Under the pieces are notes generated by a model. That model had not been told where the DNA came from. It saw nothing but the letters and a program-made list of their open reading frames with translations, and did not search any database. Made by a program: the position numbers and the translations under genes. Source: Patescibacteria group bacterium (GTDB lineage Bacteria; Patescibacteriota; Minisyncoccia; 2-02-FULL-40-12; IGHO2-01-FULL-4-A). From it: a stretch of 60,467 bases of DNA. Below are positions 27,126-35,375 of the stretch, piece by piece. The stretch is from positions 1-60,467 of the forward strand of contig JBBTYI010000009.1 in NCBI GenBank assembly GCA_038061865.1. The letters are read 5' to 3'. How positions within the stretch are numbered: position 1 is the first letter of the stretch; each line of letters starts with the position of its first letter.

Positions 27126-27665
27126 TCAGCTTACCAGCAGTTTCCGCAATACTTCCAAGTTCTTCTTCGCCCCGTTCATTGCCCGATGGGGTTTGGGTTC
27201 CGGTTCAATACCGAAGTATTTGCACATTGATGACAAACTAAACTTAGCCAGCCCGGGGAACCGGTCGCGACGCGACCAGCCGATGGAAAACAAATCCAAT
27301 CGGTGGTAGTCCAGCGGGTCCTCCACGGCAGATTTTTTAAATGCTTCGTTGATAAACGCCCAATCGGAGTAGGCGTTTTGGGCGAGAAATATCGCGTTTT
27401 TCGTTTTTTCGGCATAAATTTCCAGCGCGTCTTTCAGTGGCCAAGCTCGCTTCCAATCCCTTTCATTATAACCGTTGGCTTCCAGCGCTTTCCTGACCGC
27501 GGTTTTAATATGTTCCGGCTTGATTTTGACTTCAAATTTATCAATCACTTTCAGTGTTTTTTGGTCCATCACCAAAAGTCCCAATTCAATAATTTCGTGG
27601 ATTTGGGCGTCCAGACCGGTTAATTCAAGGTCGGTTATGGCCAGTGGTCTTTTGAAAAATTCCAT
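27126..27665 (-). CDS. DEDD-family 3'-5' exonuclease (DnaQ/oligoribonuclease-like)
   Basis: The start was trimmed to MEFFKRP; the listed ORF starts at an upstream TTG. Exo I ITDLELTGLD, Exo II-like NAYSDWAF, Exo III-like HRAMNGA. A TATAAT -10 box lies 7 nt upstream. Confidence 0.55.
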   Translation of the reverse strand: MEFFKRPLAITDLELTGLDAQIHEIIELGLLVMDQKTLKVIDKFEVKIKPEHIKTAVRKALEANGYNERDWKRAWPLKDALEIYAEKTKNAIFLAQNAYSDWAFINEAFKKSAVEDPLDYHRLDLFSIGWSRRDRFPGLAKFSLSSMCKYFGIEPEPKPHRAMNGAKKNLEVLRKLLVS

Positions 27666-27688
27666 CCTGATAATTATACCCCAGCTGA

Positions 27689-27732
27689 CCCCTATCAAAA
27701 ACCCCCGCCTAGGCGGGGGTTTTTGATAGGGG
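27689..27732. terminator. 21-bp perfect hairpin (cccctatcaaaaacccccgcc-ta-ggcgggggtttttgatagggg) at the tmRNA 3' end
   Basis: Perfect reverse complement over 21 bp with a 2-nt loop; abuts the tmRNA acceptor end. Confidence 0.6.
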
Positions 27733-28080
27733 TGGACTTGGGGGAAATCGAATCCCCGTCTGGAGGTTCATTTACACAAGCGCTACAAGTTTAGCCCGTC
27801 TTGTTTTAAGTAACCGCGTAAAAGACGGGCGAAATAGCGATTACTTGCTTTGAGGGTTGCGACCGGCGATCGGCAAAGCAACCAGATGCCGGAAGTTCCC
27901 GCTGATGACGTTGGTGACTGACTAGCGGGGTCGTCAGGCCAACGGCTACCTAAATGATGTTAGGCGGCAAACGCGAAATTTTGGTTTGCGTTTAGATTTT
28001 TGATTGTTGATTAAAGCGGTGACAATCATCCGCTACTTGCGCTGGTTATAAACGTACCGCCATCAAAGCCGGTCAAGCCC
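27731..28080 (-). ncRNA. ssrA: tmRNA (SsrA), about 350 nt, tag peptide (A)ANQNFAFAA
   Basis: Minus-strand read: 5' GGGCUUGACCGGCUUUGAUGGCGG resembles the consensus 5' GGGGCUGAUUCUGGAUUCGACGGG. The 3' end has a T-arm GGGGA-UUCGAUU-UCCCC and an acceptor strand CAAGUCC pairing with the 5' GGGCUUG. In frame is GCA AAC CAA AAU UUC GCG UUU GCC GCC UAA. An upstream TTGGAC-17-CATAGT promoter is present, and smpB is 1.8 kb away. Confidence 0.85.
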
Positions 28081-28225
28081 GTCTAAGTTTTTGGACTATG
28101 ACTGCTGGCTGCCCGCTGTCCAAAAATTTTGGCGGGCAAGCCCGTTATTTGACTAGCATACTACTAAATGTTAGCGTAGTCAAACTAGTTTCCTTTAACA
28201 ATTTTACTCAAAACGGAGGTGTGTT

Positions 28226-28783
28226 TTGGACAAAAAGCAAATCGTGATTGTTTGCGGCTATGGCTGTCACCTGACCCCCGGCTACCAGGAATACTTACGC
28301 CGGGTAGTCAGATATATCGGCGAGAATTTTGTTGAGCTGATTATTGTCTGCGGCGGAAAGAGTCAACAAAAAACCGCGCCGGACAAAAGCGAGGCAGAGG
28401 TTATAAGTTCTTTTCTGCAGAACGAACCGGATTGGGAAGAGCTCTATGCCGGCCGTTGTGGACTGCCAAAAATTATTTGCGAAACTTGCTCGTTGACGAC
28501 CCTGAAAAATCTTGGGAACGCCAAGGATTTCATCGGCGAATTTAGCCCGAAGGAGTACCGGTTAATAATTTTCTGCGATGCCAGCCAGGCGTTGAAGGTA
28601 AAATTGCTGGCAATGTCCATCTTTCCCGAGTATGACATCCAAATAGAAACCTACGACCTCTCCAGCCGAGGCGAGGTCAAGAAACAGCTAATGGCCACCA
28701 ATTTCGAAGTATTAGCCCTGAAATTTCCGTTCTTGTCCCGCTGGCATCACCAGCAGCGGGTGAAGCGGGCGGGGCGGATTTAA
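28226..28783 (+). CDS. DUF218 (YdcF/ElyC-like) domain protein
   Basis: 185 aa; TTG start with a GGAGG Shine-Dalgarno; IVIVCGYG...ELIIVCGG pattern. Confidence 0.4.
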   Translation: MDKKQIVIVCGYGCHLTPGYQEYLRRVVRYIGENFVELIIVCGGKSQQKTAPDKSEAEVISSFLQNEPDWEELYAGRCGLPKIICETCSLTTLKNLGNAKDFIGEFSPKEYRLIIFCDASQALKVKLLAMSIFPEYDIQIETYDLSSRGEVKKQLMATNFEVLALKFPFLSRWHHQQRVKRAGRI

Positions 28784-28813
28784 CAATCGTCACAAAAAAG
28801 GGATAATGAGATC

Positions 28814-29854
28814 ATGAAAGAAACGGAATTGCTAGCAGAATATACTGCCCACGCGCGGGAGTTGGATTTTATCGCCGATCCAGCCGAACCGGCTTGGCAG
28901 GTGTCGGTATATCCCGGCGAGTTCCGGGAAATCAAGCAGCATGGCACACGGTTTGGTCAGCCGGTAACATTCAATGCGATTGACCGGCAGTATTTGCCGG
29001 AGAACCATAACCAACAACTGGAAATTTTACTGGCTTATAACCAGTTGGTGGAGAAGCGGTCCGTTAGCGACGCGCCAGTGATCCGCTTGCCGGCAGTGCA
29101 ATGTATGCACGATTACCAGGCAACATTGGCCATTGTCTGGGAAAAACCGGAGGGCCAACGGATAATCAGCGACGAGGAATATGGAAAGTATTTTTCCCGC
29201 GGCGACGCTATCTGGCGAAAAATTGAAGAAACCGCCACTCTGATTCGATTAACTGTAGAGCAACTCGAAGACCTTCGCTTCCATAACAGCGACGCGGTGG
29301 GAGAATTACTACACGGAAAATCCTACGCCGATTACTTTTTAGAAAGATTCAGCAGGTGGAACGCCGAACGTCAAAAGGCCGGGAAAATATCCGACTATGA
29401 TCAACTGGAACAGCAGAAGTTTGCCGTTTTGCGGACGATTTTCAGTCGCGGTTCAACTGCTGGTACTGGCCTGCAACTCGCTTGGAATGTCTGCGGCAAC
29501 ACTGACATCATCAAGACAGCCGATGGACAATATTACCTGGTTAACGGCCGCTTTGAGGCCAAGCCGCCCAGCTTCCTACCGGCGGCTTGGATTTGGAACC
29601 TGACGCTACATGGCGCTTGGCTAAAAAGTTCAGAACAGCTTGTGGAAAATATTTTGGATTGCTGCCAAATCTTCAGTGTCCAGCGGTTTTTTAGCCCTTT
29701 TCTGAATGACAACCTGCTGGAGCGGCTGTTTGCCGCTCGTTGGGTGGACGCCGATCTGCGGCGCAGTCCATTTAACCGGGTTAGTGACTTGGAATGGCAA
29801 CGAGCGATTGATAATCTGGACTATGTATTACGCCAGCTATTGCGTTCCCTTTAG
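28814..29854 (+). CDS. Hypothetical protein
   Basis: 346 aa; no recognisable motif. Confidence 0.45.
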   Translation: MKETELLAEYTAHARELDFIADPAEPAWQVSVYPGEFREIKQHGTRFGQPVTFNAIDRQYLPENHNQQLEILLAYNQLVEKRSVSDAPVIRLPAVQCMHDYQATLAIVWEKPEGQRIISDEEYGKYFSRGDAIWRKIEETATLIRLTVEQLEDLRFHNSDAVGELLHGKSYADYFLERFSRWNAERQKAGKISDYDQLEQQKFAVLRTIFSRGSTAGTGLQLAWNVCGNTDIIKTADGQYYLVNGRFEAKPPSFLPAAWIWNLTLHGAWLKSSEQLVENILDCCQIFSVQRFFSPFLNDNLLERLFAARWVDADLRRSPFNRVSDLEWQRAIDNLDYVLRQLLRSL

Positions 29855-29880
29855 CCCCGAAGTAAGGGGGCTTTTTATTT
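29851..29880 (+). terminator. Intrinsic terminator (gcccc-gaagtaa-ggggc followed by tttttattt)
   Basis: Stem with a T-run after the 28814 gene. Confidence 0.5.
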
Positions 29881-29887
29881 CTGCCGA

Positions 29888-30331
29888 TTACTTTATTCTT
29901 CGCAACGCCCGTTCTGTCTCCCGCCGTTTGACCACTTCCCGTTTGTCGTATTTTTTCTTGCCGCGGGCGACGGCAATTTCTAACTTAATCAGCCCCCTTT
30001 TGTCGTAAAGTTTGAGCGGCGCAAGAGTGAGACCTTGCTCTTGGGATTTGCCAATCAGATATTTAAGCTCGGATTTTTTGAGCAGAAGCTTGCGGGAGCG
30101 CTGGGGGTCATAGGGAGGTCCGCCAGCTGGCGGATTGCCCGGCTGGTAAGGGGAGACAGTTGCACCGACCAACCACGCTTCGCCACCCAGTATTTTCACA
30201 TACGCTCCTTTGATAGACACTTTACCGGTTTTGACTGACCTTACTTCCTGTCCGGTCAAAACTAAACCAGCTCGGAATGTTTCCAATACTTCATAATCAA
30301 ACCGGACTTTGGGATTGTCGGCGTAGGTCAT
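29888..30331 (-). CDS. smpB: SsrA-binding protein SmpB
   Basis: The start was trimmed to MTYADNP (147 aa). VLETFRAGLVLTGQEV...GKVSIKGAYV; C-terminal basic tail. Confidence 0.9.
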   Translation of the reverse strand: MTYADNPKVRFDYEVLETFRAGLVLTGQEVRSVKTGKVSIKGAYVKILGGEAWLVGATVSPYQPGNPPAGGPPYDPQRSRKLLLKKSELKYLIGKSQEQGLTLAPLKLYDKRGLIKLEIAVARGKKKYDKREVVKRRETERALRRIK

Positions 30332-30468
30332 AGCGGTGCTGGAGGTTATCCACACTTGTTATCTCGCCTCTTTAACTTATCATTTATCGTATAAGAAATT
30401 AATTGTCGGCACTGTGACGCACCGCGCGTTAGAGCGAGTGATAAGGTTTGCCGGCTTGAGCAGAAAAA

Positions 30469-30876
30469 TTGAAAAAAGATTCCGAGGCGCCTCCCTCTAT
30501 TAGCCTCGCCGGAAAATACCGCCGACTTAAATGTTGGGGGATGTTGGCGTCGCTGGATATTTACGGCTGTGCGCCCAGCCGCATCCGCGATCCCAAAAAA
30601 ATCCGCGAGTTTATCGTCGGGCTTTGCGCCCATATTGATATGAAACGCTACGGCGAACCGATGATCAAACGCTTCGGCGAAGGCGAGTTGGAGGGCTACT
30701 CCGCCCTGCAGTTCATCCACACTTCCTCTATCACTGTCCATTTTGACGAGACCCGAAACCGTGCCTTTATTGAAATCTTCTCCTGTAAATTCTTTGACCC
30801 CAAAAAAGCCGAACAGTTTTGTAAGTCCTTCCTTAAGGCCAAAAAGTCAAAACTCAAACACTTTTTTAGGTATTAA
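30469..30876 (+). CDS. S-adenosylmethionine decarboxylase-like (SpeH-family pyruvoyl-enzyme fold) protein; start uncertain
   Basis: LASLDIYGC aligns to the SpeH N-terminus HLxxDLYGC; FIHTSSITVHFDE...FIEIFSC aligns to the SpeH ESHxxIHTWPE...DxFTCG region, but the E-S self-cleavage dipeptide is not conserved. Confidence 0.45.
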   Translation: MKKDSEAPPSISLAGKYRRLKCWGMLASLDIYGCAPSRIRDPKKIREFIVGLCAHIDMKRYGEPMIKRFGEGELEGYSALQFIHTSSITVHFDETRNRAFIEIFSCKFFDPKKAEQFCKSFLKAKKSKLKHFFRY

Positions 30877-31157
30877 TCAAAAAGACGCTTTAATCTTTTA
30901 TAAAACTCGCCGCGCGGTCCAATGTATTGGATTATAATTTTCCTTTCGCCGGTATTAATTGTGTAGGCGGCCCGAAAGTTCTGACCAAAAACGCTAAAAT
31001 GATAGGAATAAAGAAAAGCCAGCGGCCCAGAGAGGCGTTCGCCCAAGTGTGGTTCTAGAGATAACTTTGCTAATCGAGCAACAACTTCTTCGCGCATACG
31101 CCGCGGAAATTTTTTGAATACCCTATCGGCCGCGGTAGCGATAAACAACTGATACAT
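30873..31157 (-). CDS. RelE/ParE-family toxin
   Basis: 94 aa; RelE/ParE-like layout (...KKFPRRMREEVVARLAKL...). Confidence 0.6.
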   Translation of the reverse strand: MYQLFIATAADRVFKKFPRRMREEVVARLAKLSLEPHLGERLSGPLAFLYSYHFSVFGQNFRAAYTINTGERKIIIQYIGPRGEFYKRLKRLFD

Positions 31158-31163
31158 ATTTGG

Positions 31164-31370
31164 CTAAGCGCGGAGTTTTTTGATTTTGCCCCGGTTTGTA
31201 TCCCGTAAACCCTTTTGGATTGTTCTCATGGCCGGCCGGTCCAGCATCAACTCCAAAGTGGTTAGGTCGGAACGCGAAAGTTTGCGCAATCCAGTGGCCA
31301 GTTGTTCGAGAGAAATAGGCAAGTGTATGACATTTGTTTTTGAATTCATCTCGGTTTCCATAATCGCCAT
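31164..31370 (-). CDS. Putative cognate antitoxin (small DNA-binding protein)
   Basis: 68 aa; lies immediately upstream of and on the same strand as the RelE/ParE gene; family not recognised. Confidence 0.4.
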   Translation of the reverse strand: MAIMETEMNSKTNVIHLPISLEQLATGLRKLSRSDLTTLELMLDRPAMRTIQKGLRDTNRGKIKKLRA

Positions 31371-31605
31371 TTTAGCAGTTGCCCCTTGGTCAAGTCAATG
31401 TCTTTAAGAGCTAGACTAGCTAGTGGGGTGATTGCTTTTCAAGAATACCGTCGCAGCCACAGTATTTAGTAGGAACGAATAAGCGGAACTGAATAGCCCG
31501 CGCAGCGGAGAGTTACCTGTTATTTTCCTTACTTACTGGGCTAGGTTGAGTTAGATCCGGAACGAGGGAGGAACAAAGAGAAAAAAGGCAGGATGGGATT
31601 GGCGA

Positions 31606-32670
31606 CTACTTTCTTTCCTCCAGCACCGTCTTTACCTGTATCGTCTCCTTGCCTCGCATCACCATCATTTCGCAGGGATCGCCGACTTTGAGGGTCTGGA
31701 CAACGTCGGCCAGTTCGTGTTTATCGGTCAGTTTGTGGCCGTTCATTTCTAAAACAATGTCATTTTCCTTGATGCCGGCTTTATGAGCGGGGGAGCCGGC
31801 TACTACCGCTTCGGTGCCCGGCACGTGATCTTTGATCACCAGCGCGCCGTAATCCACCGGCAGGGTGTATTTTTTTTGGAGCTCCGCGTTGAGCATAATG
31901 TAGCGCAGGCCGATGTAGGGCCGGATGATGCGACCGTGTTTGATAATGTCTTCCAAATCGGCCTTGGCCCAATTGACCGGCAAAGCAAAACCAATATTCT
32001 GCGCGCCGTAGATGATGGCCGTGTTGATGCCGATTACTTCCCCCTCCAGATTGACCAGCGGACCGCCGGAATTGCCTTGGTTGATGGCCACGTCGGTTTG
32101 GATAACGTTGCGCAGGTTCTCGATCTCCCCGCCCTGCCCGAGCGAAGCAGAAATCTTCCGGCCCAACCCGGAGATGATGCCTTTAGAAACAGTGTTGGTA
32201 AACATTCCCAAAGCGTTGCCAATGGCCACTACCGTTTGGCCCAGTTCAATGCGGTTGGAATTGCCCAAGCGCGCCGTGGGCAGGCCCTTGGCTTGAATTT
32301 TCAGCACCGCCACGTCGTTGATCGGGTCGCGGGAGATCACTCGACCGCTATGCTCTTTTTCGTCGGCGGTAATGATGGTGTATTCGGCATCCGGGTCAAA
32401 AACCACGTGCTTGTTGGTTAAAACCAAACCATCGGGATGGACGATAAACCCCGAGCCGCCGCCGACTTTGATTTTTTCTTTGGGGCCGTTTTCAATTCCG
32501 TCCATTGGCTGATTGGGTAAGCTCTGGTCGGGCAAACCAAAGCCAAACGGCCCGAAAAATGGGTTGAAAGGCAGCTGCTTGACCGTCGGCATCATTTTGG
32601 AAATGACGATGCTGACCACAGCCGGTGAGACCTTTTTGACCGTCTCAATTGTTTGACGTTCCATGTCCAT
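31606..32670 (-). CDS. htrA: HtrA/DegP-family serine protease with a PDZ domain
   Basis: 354 aa; trypsin-like motif GNSGGPLVNLEGEVIGINTAI; C-terminal PDZ. Confidence 0.9.
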   Translation of the reverse strand: MDMERQTIETVKKVSPAVVSIVISKMMPTVKQLPFNPFFGPFGFGLPDQSLPNQPMDGIENGPKEKIKVGGGSGFIVHPDGLVLTNKHVVFDPDAEYTIITADEKEHSGRVISRDPINDVAVLKIQAKGLPTARLGNSNRIELGQTVVAIGNALGMFTNTVSKGIISGLGRKISASLGQGGEIENLRNVIQTDVAINQGNSGGPLVNLEGEVIGINTAIIYGAQNIGFALPVNWAKADLEDIIKHGRIIRPYIGLRYIMLNAELQKKYTLPVDYGALVIKDHVPGTEAVVAGSPAHKAGIKENDIVLEMNGHKLTDKHELADVVQTLKVGDPCEMMVMRGKETIQVKTVLEERK

Positions 32671-32687
32671 GATTTACTATTCTACCA

Positions 32688-33257
32688 ATGAAGCACAAAA
32701 AACTCAACCAGAATTTTTTCGCCCGCCCAACGCTTCAAGTGGCCAGAGAGCTTTTGGGCAAGTTTTTAGTTCGTAAAATCGGCCAGCGCCAGATTGCCGC
32801 AATGATTACCGAAACCGAGGCCTATCGCGGGCCAAACGATCTGGCTTCGCACGCTTCGCACGGACCTGCCTGGCCGGCAGGCAGACGGACGCCGCGGACC
32901 GAAGTAATGTTCGGCCCGCCCGGCCACGCTTATATTTATCTGATTTACGGGATGTATCATTGCCTGAATATCGCCACGGAAAAGGAGGGCTACCCCGCCG
33001 CTGTCTTGATTCGTGGTGCTTCATTATTCCCTAAAACCTATAACCTAACACCTACCCTGAACGGGCCGGGGAAATTATGCCGTTTTTTAAAAATAGATAA
33101 AATGCTAAATGGGGATAATCTGACTATCAGTCCGCGGCTGTGGTTGGAGGATCGGGGCAACAAAATCAGACCCAATCAGATTAAAAGGACCAAAAGAATC
33201 GGGGTGGATTATGCCGGGCCATACAAAGACAAATTGTGGCGGTTTATGATAAAGTGA
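32688..33257 (+). CDS. DNA-3-methyladenine glycosylase (Mpg/AAG family)
   Basis: 189 aa; ARELLGKFLVRK...ITETEAYRG...GHAYIYLIYGMYHCLNIAT. Confidence 0.85.
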   Translation: MKHKKLNQNFFARPTLQVARELLGKFLVRKIGQRQIAAMITETEAYRGPNDLASHASHGPAWPAGRRTPRTEVMFGPPGHAYIYLIYGMYHCLNIATEKEGYPAAVLIRGASLFPKTYNLTPTLNGPGKLCRFLKIDKMLNGDNLTISPRLWLEDRGNKIRPNQIKRTKRIGVDYAGPYKDKLWRFMIK

Positions 33258-33266
33258 AGAATAACA

Positions 33267-34976
33267 ATGATCATCAAAGATCGGGTCAAAGAATTGGTGA
33301 ATCAGGCGGTAGCCGACACTGGGTTTGGAACGGTGGACTTTCAGGTGGAAAAACCGAAGAGTGACTTCGGGGATTATGCCGTCAATGCGGTGTTTGGATT
33401 GGCTAAGAAATTAAAAAAAACTCCGGGCGAGGTCGCCAGGCAACTGGCGGAGAAAATCAGTCAGAGTTTACCGGAAGAAATTGAGCAGGTGGAAGCGGTC
33501 GGGGGATACATTAATTTTTTCTTGAGCCGGCAATATCTGCAGAGTGCGCTTTCTGACATCGCAAGTCAGAAAAATTACGGGCGAAGTGAGGAATTAAAAG
33601 GCCAGACCGTGATGGTGGAATATACCGACCCCAATCCTTTTAAGCTATTCCATATCGGCCATCTGATGAGCAACGCCATTGGCGAGGCTATCGCCCGGCT
33701 TTACGAAGCCCAAGGAGCAAAAGTAATCCGCGCCAATTATCAGGGCGATATCGGGCTGCATGTGGCCAAAGCTATCTGGGGGACGCAAGGACAACTGCCG
33801 GGTGAGAGCGTCGGCTTGGCTGAGAAAGTAAAATTTTTGGGCGCCGCTTACGCCCGCGGCGCGGCCGCTTACGAAAACCAGCCGGAAACCAAGTCGGCTA
33901 TTGAGGAAATAAATGAAAAAATTTTTAATCGGAGCGACCCGGAAGTTAATCGTCTTTATCAAATCGGTCGGCGGTGGAGTTTAGAATATTTTGAAATAAT
34001 TTATGCCAAATTGGGTACTAAGTTTGACCGCTATTTTTTTGAAAGCGAAACCGCCTCGGATGGGCTAACTATCGTCCGCCAACATCCTGACGTTTTTCGG
34101 GAAAGCGCCGGAGCAATCATTTTCCCCGGCGAGCAGTACGGTTTGCACAATCGGGTGTTCATTAACGCGCGCGGCCTGCCCACCTATGAAACCAAAGAAC
34201 TGGGGCTGAACAAAAAAAAGTTTGAACTGTATCCGGAGCTGGCGCAATCGCTGATTATTACCGGCAACGAGATCAACGAATATTTTCGGGTTTTGCTGAA
34301 AACGATGGCACTGACCATCCCGGAGGCAGCGGCCAAAACCCGCCATATTGGGCACGGCATGCTGCGTCTGCCCGGGGGGAAACTGTCTTCGCGCACCGGC
34401 GAGGTGGTAACGGCGGAAGAGCTGATCGAGCAGGTAGTTGGGAAATTGCGCGAGATTGTCAGCCCGAAAAGTGGTCTAAGCGAGTGGGAACGGGAGACCA
34501 CCTATGAACCATTGGCTATCAGCGCCATCAAATATTCTATTCTCAAACAAAGCCCCGGCCATGATATTATTTTTGACTTTGACAAATCCCTATCCATCCG
34601 AGGCGATTCGGGTCCTTATTTGCAGTACACCTACGCCCGGCTGAACAGCATTCTGACTAAAGCGGGGGAAGCTGCGCCAAGCAGCAATTTTGCGCCGGAC
34701 CAACTGAAAGAAGAGTCCGAGCTCAAGCTAATCAAACAGCTGTTTGAACTGCCTAACGTCATCAGCGAGAGCTGCCAGAAAATCGCGCCCCAGCACCTAG
34801 TCTTGTACCTTTTTGAATTAGCCAATCTGGCCAACAATTTCTACGAGAAAATTCATATAATTGGGGATGAAAACACCGAACGCCTGACTGCTCGGCTGGT
34901 TTTGGTCAAAACCACGGCCCAAATGCTGAAAAGCGGCTTAACTCTTTTGGGTATCGGAGCGCTTGAAAAGATTTAG
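33267..34976 (+). CDS. argS: Arginyl-tRNA synthetase
   Basis: 569 aa; class I HIGH (FHIGHLMS); anticodon-binding C-domain. Confidence 0.95.
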   Translation: MIIKDRVKELVNQAVADTGFGTVDFQVEKPKSDFGDYAVNAVFGLAKKLKKTPGEVARQLAEKISQSLPEEIEQVEAVGGYINFFLSRQYLQSALSDIASQKNYGRSEELKGQTVMVEYTDPNPFKLFHIGHLMSNAIGEAIARLYEAQGAKVIRANYQGDIGLHVAKAIWGTQGQLPGESVGLAEKVKFLGAAYARGAAAYENQPETKSAIEEINEKIFNRSDPEVNRLYQIGRRWSLEYFEIIYAKLGTKFDRYFFESETASDGLTIVRQHPDVFRESAGAIIFPGEQYGLHNRVFINARGLPTYETKELGLNKKKFELYPELAQSLIITGNEINEYFRVLLKTMALTIPEAAAKTRHIGHGMLRLPGGKLSSRTGEVVTAEELIEQVVGKLREIVSPKSGLSEWERETTYEPLAISAIKYSILKQSPGHDIIFDFDKSLSIRGDSGPYLQYTYARLNSILTKAGEAAPSSNFAPDQLKEESELKLIKQLFELPNVISESCQKIAPQHLVLYLFELANLANNFYEKIHIIGDENTERLTARLVLVKTTAQMLKSGLTLLGIGALEKI

Positions 34977-35360
34977 CGTTGAGGCAAGCGCGAACGCCGC
35001 CGCGCCCAGCGTGTCCATCACCAAGTCCTGAACGGTATCGTCCAGGTCGCCCATGAAATAGACGCGGTAGCGGAAAACATCATAAATCGGCTGGCTTAAT
35101 TTTTTGTTGCCGACATATTCGGCCATTTCCCAAAACACCCCCACTGCCACCGTCAGCGCCACTATCGTCAAGACCCGCCGCGGTTGAGAAAGGCGGCTGA
35201 ATTCGCTATTGTAAAAAGAGGCTAAAAGCATCGCCACGAAAAAGCCGCCCAGAAAGTGGTAGGCCATGCTGATGGCCATTACCTCGCTTAAGTTCTCCAG
35301 TACGACGTACAGGTTGGAAACAAAAAGCGCGATTAGCGCCCAGAAGGCAAATTTAGACAT
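34938..35360 (-). CDS. Small polytopic membrane protein (VanZ-like?)
   Basis: The start was trimmed to MSKFAFWAL (140 aa, 4 TM). The upstream 125 codons of the listed ORF lie antisense to the ileS start. Confidence 0.4.
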   Translation of the reverse strand: MSKFAFWALIALFVSNLYVVLENLSEVMAISMAYHFLGGFFVAMLLASFYNSEFSRLSQPRRVLTIVALTVAVGVFWEMAEYVGNKKLSQPIYDVFRYRVYFMGDLDDTVQDLVMDTLGAAAFALASTLNLFKRSDTQKS

Positions 35361-35375
35361 ATCCCGGATACTACC

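Noticed and set aside
25240-28081. Bona fide integrated island at ssrA with att duplication
   Set aside because: I could not find a second copy of the tmRNA 3' terminus (ggacttgggggaaatcgaatcccc) between 22500 and 28200. The recombinase looks XerC/D-like rather than phage-integrase-like. It is kept only as a low-interest observation.
30400-30540. SAM riboswitch in front of the SpeH-like gene
   Set aside because: The leader lacks the SAM-I/SAM-II consensus helices and conserved loops. Only generic GC-rich hairpins are present.
31371-31605. tRNA gene in the 235-nt HtrA / toxin-antitoxin intergenic region
   Set aside because: There is no T-arm GTTCRANYC with a matching 7-bp acceptor. Cloverleaf-compatible pairing was not found on either strand.
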